Shown in pieces: positions 52,571 through 64,000 of a stretch of 64,000 nt of DNA (positions within the stretch are counted from its first letter, which is position 1; the number at the start of each line of letters is the position of its first letter). The notes under the pieces are model-generated. The model was not told where the DNA came from, made no database searches, and was given only the letters and a program-made list of their open reading frames with translations. The position numbers and the translations under genes are program-made. Location of the stretch: contig NC_045696.1 of NCBI RefSeq assembly GCF_009834535.1, forward strand, positions 27,406,001 to 27,470,000, written 5' to 3'. Origin of the DNA: Camelus ferus. Its lineage: Eukaryota.

Positions 52571-52889
52571 AATTTCCATTAGTAGCATTAGTACCTTGGG
52601 GAACAGCAGCAGAATATTTTGTTGTCCATTAAGACATACTCTGAACTTACCTTCTCAGTTTTATTTTTAATTATCAGGATACTTTACATGTTGATTATAT
52701 TTATATTAACTTTTTTCCTGTGCAATCTAAATAATTGATTCAATTTAATAGTTTTTTTTATTCCTTTTTATATGGAATGATATGTTCCACTCTGAGAAAT
52801 AAAATACTATAAAACAAGAATATTAGAAGAAATCAAGGTGGGGACAGGTTGAAAGAATAATAAAGAATGAGTCAAAGATATTTGATTAC

Positions 52890-55800
52890 AGTTGTGGTTT
52901 CAGTGATGGCTGAGTAGCTTAAATTAAACTAAACCATCCATGGATAACTATTATATACTCTGGACAAAATATAAGAAATATCTCTTTGAAAGCACTGGAC
53001 AATGACTACAAACAGGCATAAAATGGAAAGGATTAAACCTAGAGAGAAGGAAACTGCACTGGGAATTAATGTGAAGAAATGCACATTAATACAGCTTTTC
53101 CACTGAAGGCACTCCCCAGGCCATGCAGAAACAATGAGTTAGAACTCAATCCTAGAACTCAAGCAGAAAGCCACAGTTTTGTTGGCCTGAGATGTAAGAG
53201 AATGGCATTCAGAACTGCCAAAGTGGCTTGAAACTGAAGGAGGAAAAAAAATTGCAGAAATAAGAGAGTCACATATGAAGGAGCTCCAAATCTGCATATA
53301 ACTTTCCCTCAAATCCTTGAATGACCCACGAACTGCCCACGTGCAATGGAGATGCCAGAGATCCCAAAGGGAAGCATCAGCTAGAGGGCCAAAGGAGCTG
53401 AGATTAACACGGGGAAGATGGAGTTGAAGTCATGCCAAGTTAGAAGGGCCACATCTTATGAATAAAACCCATGCCCTAGGTATAAGGGATTCATCTTGGA
53501 CTAAAGGCAAAACGAGAAAAAAAAAAAAAAAAGCCATACTAAAGGAAAGTAAAACCAAACCATCACAGAGTTTACACCAGAATGTAATTTAATTGCCTGA
53601 TGGAAGAAAAATTAAGATACTTCAGGAAAAAAATAACAGAATGGAGAGTCTCTCCAATATCTAATCTGAAATGTCTGATATATAGCCCAGATTTCTAGGC
53701 ATGTAACTAATATACAGAAATATATGCTGATGAAGAAAAAAGAAGTCTATAGAAACAGACTTCAACTTATCTCCAATACTGTACTTAGCAGACAAGGGCT
53801 TTAAAGTAGCTAAGGAAAATAAGTACAGGGACTCAGTGGAAAAGATAGCCATAATAATCAAGCAGATGGAGATGGAGATACTCAGCAGACAAGAAGAAAG
53901 TAAATAAAATTCCACAACTGAAAAGAAATAAACATCTGAAATGAAATTCACTGCATGAGCTTAACAGCAGATTGGAAATGACAAAAGGAAGGGTTGATGA
54001 ATCCGAAAACTGGTCTCTCTAGAGGTTATTCAACTGAAGAACAGAAAGAAAAATGAATGAAGTAAAATGAGCACAGCCTCACGGATAGGTGAGTCAATAC
54101 AGAATAGCCTGATATACATGTAAATAAAATCTGCATTGCAAAATGAGAATTGAGTTGAAATGGCCAGAAAAGTATTCCAGGAAACAGATTCAAAATTTTC
54201 CTGAAGTAGGAAAAAAAAAAAATACAAGCATAAAGCTTCAAGAAACTTTATGAATATCAGCATAATAAATAAATAAAATCACCTAAACACATCATAGCCA
54301 AACTTCTGAAAAGTAAAATTAAAGAGAAAGCCTTGAAAGAAAGAAACCAAAGGAAAAGATGGACAAAAGTTGTATCTAATTTCTTCTCAGAATCAGTAAA
54401 AACCAGGAGACAATGTAATTATTGAAGTGCTGAAAGGTAAAAGCAAAACAAAACAGAAACTTTTTAAAAATTGAAGAGAATTCTAAGTCTGGTGAATATA
54501 TTCTTCAAAAATGAAGGTGAAATAAGGCCATAGTCAGATAAAGGCTGAGAGAATTTACTGCCAAAAAAAAAACTGTACCACAGAAATGCTAAATGAACTT
54601 CTTTGGGCCAAAGAGAAATGTGGTAACACCAGATGGAAACCTTAAACTCAAGGAATGAAAAGCATTAGAAACACTAGATACATGGATAAATTAAAGGTAA
54701 TTTTTTTTCTCTCTTACTATTTTTAAAACAAAAATTTTGACATATTGTGGGGTTTATAACATATCGCTATAAATTATAAGGCAATAATATGCAGAGTAGT
54801 GAAGGTAAACAGTATTATGCTGATGCAAAGGTTTTACATCCTACTTCAAGAAGTATGATATCAATGCCAAGTAGACCAGTATTATTTAAGTATTCATATA
54901 TGTATACCTAGCACAGTAATTTAGAAGTTAATATTAATAGTATAGTTAAAAGAGTATAGTTAAAATCTAATGGAGGAATTAAAATAGAATATTAATATAT
55001 ATTTGACATATATGTTTAAATATATATCTGACAAAGGAACAGACTCAAATCAACTATAAGAATGATTACATTAAATGTAAATGATTCTATTTAATAGGAA
55101 TAGGCAATATTATTAGATAACTAGATTGATAATGTTAGATTAAAATTAAAAGCAAGACTATCCAACTTTGAAAGATGCACTACAGATATGAATATATATA
55201 TAGGTTAAAGGTACATGGTTGGAAAAAAGTATACCATTCAAACAGTAAATATACTGAAGCTAGTATGCTTATACTATTATCAGACATTGTAGAATTCAGG
55301 ACAAAAAATTCAAAGAATAGAGAGACATTTCACAATGATAAAAGTGTTAATAACAATTTATATGTGCCTAATAAGAGAGATTAAAAATAATTAAAATTAA
55401 CAAAACTAAATAGATTTACAATGATAAATCTTTACAATTATATTTACAACTGTAATTTACAATTATAGTCAAAGATTTCATCACCCTCTCTTAGTAACTG
55501 AGAAAAACTTCATATTGTTAAGATGTCTATTCTGCACAAAATGATCTAGAGATTCAGTACAATCCTAACACAAGTTCAACCAGGCTTTTTCTTTTGTAGG
55601 CATTATCAAAGTTATTCTAATTTTTTTAAACTTTAAAGAACCTAAAATATCCAAATAATTTTTTTTAAAGATAGAGGAATAACTTCATGATTTAAAAATG
55701 TTAAAGATACAGTAATCAAGAAAGTTTGTTTATTTGTTTTTGGCATAACCAAAGACAAACAGATCAATGGAACAGAAGAGAAAGCCTGGAAATGAGCCCA

Positions 55801-57095
55801 CACATACAAAATCAACTGATTTCAACAAAAGTACCAAGGCAATTAAATTGGGAAAGAAAAGTTTCGAACAAATCATGCTGGAACTACTGGATAAACATAT
55901 GGAAAAAAGCCTTTCCCCTTCTTCATACTACATACAAAAATCAATTTGATATACACCATTGACTTAAATGTAAAAGCTGAAACAATAAGCCTTCTGAAAG
56001 AAAATACATCCATATATTCATGCCCTTGGAGAAGGCAATTTTTTTAAGGAAAAAAATGGCAGTAAACATTTTTTTAATGGATAAATTGAACTTCAGCAAA
56101 ATTAAAACCTTCTGCTCATCCAAAGACACTACTAATGAAATGCAAAGAGGCAAGCCACACTGACAGAAAATATTATATGTATACATATATACACACATAT
56201 ACACAAATATGTATATATGACAAAGGATTTGTATCTAGAATAGATGTTTAAATATTCTACAAATCAATAATAGATAAATAAGCTCCTGAAATGGTCAAAG
56301 ACTTTTATAGATAATTCATAAATATATGAATGGCTGATAAGCATATGAGGAAAAGTTCGACATCATGAAGCATTAGAGAAACACAAACCACAGAGAGAGA
56401 TCTCTTATCCACTAGAATACCTACAACAAAAAGGCTGAAGACACTCAGGATGGTGAGAATGTGGAGCAGTTAGAACAGTTACACTGCTGGTGAGAGTACA
56501 AAATGGCACAATCACATTGGTAAACAGTTTGACTGTCTTTTATAAAGCCAAACATATACTTAACATCTAATCCAACAATTCCACTTCAAACTATTTACCT
56601 TTCCCCCTCTAAAGAAAACATACGTCCATAAAAATACTTGTGTAATAATGTTCCTAGTAGCATATTAATATTAGCTCCAAACGGGAAATAATCTAAATGT
56701 CCACTAATAGTAGAATAAATAAACAAATTGTGATCTATTTATACAGTGGAATTCCTCTCAGTTAAAAAAAAAGAATGAACAACTGATATGTGCAAACTAG
56801 AGGATGAATTTCACAAACAGGTCAAGTGAAAGAAGCCATACCAAAAGAGCACACACTGAATCATTCCATTTATATAAAGTTAAAGAATAGGCAAAACTAA
56901 TCTTGTGATAAATATCTAAATGGCAATTGATTATGGTGATAGGGATAGACTGGAAAAGGAATGAGGAAACTTGGAAAGACAGACATGTTCTATATCTTGA
57001 TTAGACCTGTTCCTAGTGGGTGAACACACTCATCAGTACTGAGACAGTTAGACCTATGCATTTCACTGCATATAAATTTTCCCTCAATAAAAAGA
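52890..57095 (+). mobile_element. Old L1 (L1M-type), near full span but with a large internal ORF2 deletion
   Basis: 5'UTR-like region; ORF1 relic (gaaattcactgcatgagcttaacagcagattgg, ~53945); endonuclease start (attacattaaatgtaaatg, ~55065); late ORF2 relic (QTDQWNRRESLE, 55726-55962 ORF); 3'UTR ending ccctcaataaaaa. Confidence 0.85.
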
Positions 57096-57154
57096 TATCA
57101 TTATCTATTCCATGGTTTGATACTTATTTCAAAATTAACTTTTAATAAAATTTA

Positions 57155-57906
57155 CCAAACACGGAAACCATAAGCAAAACAAAACGGCAACCTATGGAAT
57201 GGAAGAAAATTTTTGCAAAAGATGAAACTGCCAAAGGCTTGATCTCCAGAATATATAAGAAGCTCATATGACTTAATAAGATAAAAACAAACTACCCAAT
57301 CCAAAAATGGGCAGAAGACCGAAATAAGCAATTCTCTAATGAAGACATAAAAATAATCACAAGAAAAAATGTTCAATATCACTAATTATCAGAGAAATGC
57401 AGATCAAAACTACAATGAGGCATCACTTCACTCCAGTAAGAATGGCCATCATTCAACAGTCCACAAATGATAAATGCTGGAGAGGGTGTGGAGAAAAGGC
57501 AACCCTCCTACACTGCTGGTGGAAATGCTGTTTGGTGCAGCCACTGTGGAAAACGGTACAGAGATTCCTCAAAAGACTAGGAATAGACTTACCATATGAC
57601 CCAGTCATCTCATTCCTGGGCATGTATCCAGAAGGAACCCTACTTCAAAAAGACACCTGCACCCCAATGTTCATAGCAGCACTGTTTACAACAGCCAAGA
57701 CATGGGAACAGCCTAAATGTCCATGGGCAGATGACTGGATAAAGAAGATGTGGTATATTTATACAATGGAATACTATTCAGCCATAAGAATGAAAACATA
57801 ATGCCATTTGCAGCTACATGGATGTCCCTGGAGAATGTTATTCTAAATGAAGTAAGCCAGAAAAAGAAAGAAAAATACCATATGAGATCACTCATATGTG
57901 GTATCT

Positions 57907-57937
<31 letters not shown>

Positions 57938-58306
57938 ACACAACAACAAAGAAAAAGGAAGAAAGAGACAAATGAACATAAATATAAAACAGAAACAGAC
58001 TCATAGACATAGAATACAAACTTGTGGTTGCCAGGGGGGAGGGGGGTGTGAAGAGACAGACTGGGAGTTCAACATTTGCAGATACTGATAGATATATATA
58101 GAATAGATAGACAAGATTATACTGTATAGCACAGGGAAATATATACAAGATCTTGTGGTAGCTCATGGTGAAAAAGAATGTGACAATGAATATATGTAAG
58201 TTCATGTATAACTGAAAAGTTGTGCTCTACACTGGAAATTGACACAACATTGTAAACTGATTACAACTCAATAAAATAAAATTAAAACAAACAAACAAAC
58301 AAAAAA
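57155..58306 (+). mobile_element. Younger 5'-truncated L1 (artiodactyl/camelid type): ORF2 C-terminus, 3'UTR and A-rich tail
   Basis: ORF 57397-57801 [19 protein letters not shown]...[19 protein letters not shown]...[16 protein letters not shown] is the L1 ORF2p cysteine-rich C-terminus. 3'UTR is homologous to the 14676 element. Tail aataaaataaaattaaaacaaacaaac. Confidence 0.95.
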
Positions 58307-58777
58307 TAGGTTTTAGCATTATGTTAAAATAATGATACCTGATGGGCAAGTGAAATTCAGAGCAGGAATACAAGTAAGTTTCATCTTAGGAAATAAAACA
58401 ATATATTTTGGCATTTTAATAAATCAAAAATGAATTTACCAAACATTATCAAACAACTAATATGAGATATCAGCTATTTTAGAGTATCAAACAAATAATA
58501 TGAGACCTACAATTCCAAAATTAGGAGAGACATAATCAGCACTGAAGTAGTCCTGTGTTATTTTGCTTTTGTGTTCACAACAAACCGCACTCAAAAGTTA
58601 ATCTCTGACCCTAGAATGGTCCTTTCAGTGGGAAAAGACTTCCTAACACTTCAGCAGTCTTTTATAATTTAAAAGTATTTTTCTCAACATTAGAGGAAAA
58701 AAATTTTTAATCTAAAATATCAGTTGTCTGACATATTGGGAAAAATAATCTCATGACAAAACCTACTATCATTACCT

Positions 58778-58896
58778 TTTTTGACATACAAACAGCTGTA
58801 TTTAATGCACACAACTTGATAGGTTGGGAAATGAGTATATAATCATGAAACCAACACCACACTCTATGCCATAAACAGATCCATCTCCCTCAAATG
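58778..58896 (-). mobile_element. Very short L1 (L1MB-like) 3' end with TSD-like flanks
   Basis: ttgacatacaaacagctgtatttaatgcacacaacttgatagg...catgaaaccaacaccac. Flanks atcattacctttttt / atcactactttttt. Confidence 0.65.
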
Positions 58897-60224
58897 ATCA
58901 CTACTTTTTTAAATTGGCACAAGTATAATTATCATAATGTTTCCTCTTCAATTGTTTTACAATGATATTTATGTTAAGTGGCAATATAGAATGTTTCCAG
59001 GCACTTTTTACAATTCTTGCTAGAGTCATTTCGAATGATAAGCTTTTTAATTAGGATGTTTGGGACTGTCATGAAACTTAAACTTATGTTTTAAAAAAAC
59101 CAAAATTATACAAAAGTTGTAGAAAAGAAAATCTCAACAATAACCAGTAATTATAATTTTAACTTTAAATATGATCATTTTAAGCCTAAGCCTAAATAAT
59201 TAGTAAAGTCTCTAATTTTTCCCAAGATTTAAAATATTAATAATGTTAAAATGTTTAGAGGTAGCACAGGATCCTTAATCTATATGCAGAAATTTCACTG
59301 TAGAAGTAAGGTTAGATTCCATTCAGATTTAATACACATCCCTGTACTGTGAAGCTAATAATATTTCTGAGCCTTAAAGATGATAAAGGCATGAGGAGCA
59401 CTTACTTTCCTTTAAAATATATGAACATTGCACCGCTATGAGAGTTTGTAAGTTTGTAGTACACCATTAGGGCCACCTGTATGCTTACTGTGTCTTCCAG
59501 TGCCTGAGAATATGAACAGTGACATATGAGAAAACACACTGGGAGCTTCATAATAATAGAAGGCAGGTTCTTGGAACTATAGAGCGAGCTATTACCTTAG
59601 GAAATGAGAGTATACAGGATCAAACTAAAAGAACAAATACAACATCTTAAAATATTGTTATTTATAATAAGTTTATTCTGTTTTTTTTTTGATTGCATGG
59701 AGTATATTCATCGTAACTCAAGGCCTATGAAAATGGAAATTTGAGACCATAAGACTATAAAATATCAGACAATCAAATGTCAAATGAAGGATAAAGGTAG
59801 GGGTGTTTCACTGAAATTAAGTGCTTTGTTGCACTGAAAGTAAGAGCAAAGATTTGGCCATCTCAGGAAAGATCTAGTCCAGGGATAGGGCTCTCATGGA
59901 GGGAAAAGATGGTCAGAGTCCCTCATTAAAAATCAATATAGTCGAATCCTTCAAACAACTAGAAAACACAAATAGAATATAAGCACATACAGTACTGTCT
60001 TTTCATCACACTAAGTACCTGACAGCAGTAGAAAGCCTGGCAAAATAAATATTGGGGAATAAAAAGAGTGAATTAACTGAGAAGAAAGTGTTTCCATTTG
60101 AGACAGGGTGAAAAATCAGTTCATTAATGATTCTTATGCAGGTTGACATCTCTAAGTAGATGTGATACAAATTATGACTTGGTGGGAGAAAACGTAAGTT
60201 TGGTGGTTTAGTTGTGGTTGAGAT

Positions 60225-60480
60225 AGACTAATGGTTAGAGCATGGAATCTGGAAGACAGATCTGGCGTGAGAAGACACTGCCCAACATAATCAATTTGGG
60301 CAAGTTGTGTAATTTCTCTAAAGCCTCAATTAAAATGGGGGTAATAATAAATGTTGCATTATATTATGTGGAATAACTGTAAAAAATATATAAAGTGTTT
60401 AGCACAGTGAGTTTTAACAGAAATTGCTCAAGAAATATTTATTGGTACTATTATTATCATTAGCATCATCATCATTTCTA
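60225..60480 (+). mobile_element. MIR SINE
   Basis: taatggttagagcatggaatctggaagacagatctgg...tttgggcaagttgtgtaatttctctaaagcctca...taaagtgtttagcacagtg. Confidence 0.8.
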
Positions 60481-62759
60481 TTATTGAGTGCCAAAATAAA
60501 AGACTTTAAAAAAAAAAGTCTTGCTCTAAGTCAATCAAATGAAATGACTTAATATTTTCAGCAAGTAGATCAGTGGAGAAAGTGCTTAGTTTAAGTTTCT
60601 GAAGAGTTTAGTTCTCTTGATTTTTAGGTCTAAATGCACCGTTTATCTGAGATCATACCTAGTTTACACATCTCTGAGTTTCCTTACATCCCACACAGGA
60701 AATCAACTACTATAGGAATTCCTCTTCCCACTGCATTCTTGAGAGAGAAGTTTCCCACAGTCCTCTACTCCACCAGGTCAACCACTACTGCCCTTTGCTT
60801 TTCCTCCCAACCTTAGTCCACTAGATTTCATGAAAAGAAAACCTCATTCAGCTCAAGTAAAGAATGCCCGCAACACCTATCCCTTTACCTAGCCCCCACT
60901 CATCCACTGCCACTGTGGTAAGCACAGCTCACTGGGTGGTAAGTTCTTGATATCTCAAGTTAAAATTTCAAATGCATTTGTTACAGAATCACTGCTAGGT
61001 CTCATGTATAGGCTGTTTATTAATATTAAGCCCATGCCTCATATATAAATATTACTACTTATAAAGTATCAATCACCCCATAATTTTAATTTGAAAATAA
61101 CTTCAAAGTTAAAACAATGTATTACACTTTGGGGGTGAAAAAAATCTCTCCTGTATAAATGAAAAATCACCTATATTTTTTTCCTATTTTATAGAAGTAA
61201 ATTATTTTCTACAGTATAAACCAGACTTCTCTAAAATATTATTTTATGGCAGATTTTTCTCTAGGATCTGTTATGAGAAACCTCTCTTTTGAAAGAGGAA
61301 AGACTATAGATCATGAATTAATATGAGAAAGACCACAAAAGGGTTTCTGTTCTTTTCTTCCCTGCCCACCAGTTCTGAACTTTGACATACTTGTTTTCTT
61401 TAACTTTCCTGTTCATAAAAAGGGGAGAAGGATATAAGACTATAAAACTTCTAGTAATATTTCTAGGACACTCGGAAGTAAGGTTTTGCCAGAAGTGTTT
61501 CACCTTTTCAACAAGTACCTGAATCTCAATTTCTTTGCCTATAAAAAGTTACTTTACCTATAAAATTCAAAGGTCAAATCAAAAGAATATGTAGTTTTAA
61601 CTGTTAAAAAAAAAAACTTCATTAACATTTCCCTCAGCCAACATATCACTCAGTCTCAAAGATAATCTGACAAGAAAAATTCAGGACTATGAAAAATAAG
61701 TAAAAATGCCAATTAATGTACCATTATTATTACTACTAAATGTATATTTGACTAATTTTTAAAAATTAAAAAATGAAAAATACTCAATGATTTACATTAT
61801 AAAATAAATAAACAATACTGAAAAACACTGAATATTCTTCAATGTTTACCTAATTTTTGTTCATTCCTCTGATAAATTATACATTACTTTGATACTAAAG
61901 GCTAAACTGAGCTGCACTTTGTGATCAAAATTTTGTGATTATCTATTTAACTGTCCATGGATATTCAGTATTTATGAACAACTGTTAAAACAGAAAATGG
62001 GTTTCCTAGCATATCAATAAAAAAAGGAAAGATAATATAAATGCAATAAGGAGTAATCTAATATGAATTTTTTCTTAAAAATACCTGTCAACTACAAAAA
62101 AATGGTTTAAAGAAAAAGAGTAATACACAGAAACAAATTATCATTGAAATTCACCAAAATTTTCAAAAATAAGAAGTCTTGCTGTTCTGCCTTTTGTCGC
62201 TGCCATATGTGCCTGCAGGAATCCCCAAAGACAAGAATGGAGTCTTTCAAAACCTCTGATTACATCCCTGTTTTAGGCCCACCTCAGGCAGCCTAAAGGT
62301 TCTGTTATCAATTAGCTGAGGTCTGTGCTAAGCCCAGAAAGAGAACACTGTAAGGACAGAGGCTGGAGCACATGGAACAAAGCTATCTATTGCAGTGGAT
62401 GAGCTTTTCTTGTGCATATGCACGCGGGCCATTGTTCCATTCTCGAAGAATCACATTAATCAATGTTCAGAGGCTGCACCTCCAAAATAGAGAGTTGGCT
62501 GTTCATCAATGATTTATTGCAGAGCCCAACATGCATTTGACATGAAACAAGTTGGTAGTTTGGAAGCTGCCTCTGGACGGGGGAAGGGAGGAATGGTTTG
62601 GAGTGTGAGGGGTGCTAATGCAGACAGCAGTCAGTTCCCTTCAGCAGCAGCAGAATACTGCTGCTGACGATGCTGGTTACCAATACCCATGCTTTCCTCG
62701 AAGGCCAAAGGTATTATTTTCATCAGCACAATTAGGGAAATGCTAGGGCTTGAAACTTG

Positions 62760-62872
62760 AAAAAGAAAGGAAAGGAAAGAGAAGAGAGAGAGAAGGAAGG
62801 AAGGAAGGAAGGGAGGGAAGGAGGGAGGGAGGGAGGGAGGGAGGGAGGAAGGAAAGACAGAAGAAAGAGAAA
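62760..62872. repeat. Polypurine (GAAA/GGAA/GGGA)n tract
   Basis: aaaagaaaggaaaggaaagagaagagagagagaaggaaggaaggaaggaagggagggaaggagggagggagggaggg. Confidence 0.95.
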
Positions 62873-64000
62873 TCCAAGGTGGGGAGGGCTGAATCAATGA
62901 AAAAAAAGGCTTCTTTGTTTTTCAGAATGGTTTAAGCTTTTTAAATGAATCTTGCTCATGGGATGTATTTTTTAAATGCTTTCATTGGAAAGAAAAACAT
63001 TTCTATCGACTGCCCTATTAGGCAACATAAATTATAGAGTTTAATATAAAATGAAGTATAAGTTTAAAAATAAGTCATGTTGCACTAATTGAACAGTCTC
63101 TTGTTTAACTGAGTGACCAGGAATATGAGCATACCAGTTAAAAAGCAACATTTTTCTTGGGGGACAAATCATTTGTGCTTTGGCTGAGTTTGACATTATC
63201 AACATAAAAGATGATCAAGTAAACTTCATTTGAGCAGGAAACAGTGGCTGTGTTGTGGTGGTTGTTTTAATTCTCAACATAATTTCTTCTGAACTATAAG
63301 CCATTTTTAGAAATAACGATCACATATTTTAAAACAAAAATCTGGATACAACATTTGATGTGTTTCAGATGACCTATTTGGCAATAGGAGCGAATTTTTC
63401 TGAACTGGGACTTTCCTAGAAAATAAAGATCATACATACTACTGCCATACACTAAGGAGCAATCCTCAACATTTCAAAGATGGGAAGAAGGAATGTTTAA
63501 TTAATCCTGTTAGATAAAAGTAATTATTCATCACAATTCACATATCTTCAACTGCTCAAGACATCGAAACCTTCAGAGATTTAAGACTATAAGAAACAGC
63601 TGCTTTTGGCCAATTATGTTCTGGGCTGTCAAGATTCATAATACTCAAACAATTCCTCTCCCCGGTTAAAGCTGGGAAAATTATCCAGATAGGTATGTTG
63701 ACTGCAGCAGGAATTTTAACTTGATTTAAAATAAAAGAATGTACCCAAAGAGAATGTTATTGGTCTTTCTTTGTTTTAGTTTCCTCAGCTATAAAACGGG
63801 ATGAGAGTCCTAACTGACAATGTTGTTTTGGTAAGTGTTCAATAAATGTTTCCATTGGTTTAACTTTTAAAATATTGATCCATGTATAATTTCATCAAGG
63901 CTTTAAAAAATGCTTTCCTTATTTTTGTCTGTCTTGTATTCATAAAGGAGAAAAGGTGGGGAAGTGGAGAACAAAAGAAAGGAACTCAATAGGTCTTAAA

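Noticed and set aside
57397..57801. 134-aa ORF as a host gene
   Set aside because: It is the C-terminus of L1 ORF2p in a 5'-truncated element.
62631..62935. Overlapping ORFs on both strands
   Set aside because: Open only because of the low-complexity purine repeat.
1..64000. Prokaryotic-style systems (CRISPR, operons, defence loci) or a named host gene
   Set aside because: The sequence is mammalian non-coding DNA with no regularly spaced array or long ORF. No coding exon allows a gene symbol to be assigned.

Overview
AT-rich, CpG-depleted mammalian genomic DNA. It is very probably from a camelid: two tRNA-derived SINEs resemble the camelid Vic-1 family and the young L1 3' ends are of artiodactyl type. 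I found no recognisable protein-coding exon, RNA gene or CRISPR array. The short ORFs are chance ORFs or decayed L1 ORF2. A large part of the window is interspersed repeat (L1, L2, MIR, MLT1/MLT2 LTRs, Tigger2, MER2, MER5A, MER33, SINEs). A-tract skew and L1 orientation suggest the window lies in the intron(s) or 5' region of a large gene transcribed on the minus strand, which I cannot name. The best leads are a candidate non-coding exon/promoter at ~12.7-12.95 kb with tandem CAGCTG E-boxes, a perfect DR5 retinoic-acid-type element at 11533-11549, other candidate enhancers, a candidate stop-containing exon at 40750-40907, a degraded MITE-like element at ~33.8 kb and a small L1 3' transduction-like tail. 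I see no evidence of a wholly new biological system. Repeat family names come from recall of consensus sequences, not from a database search, and repeat boundaries are approximate unless terminal repeats or target-site duplications (TSDs) are given.
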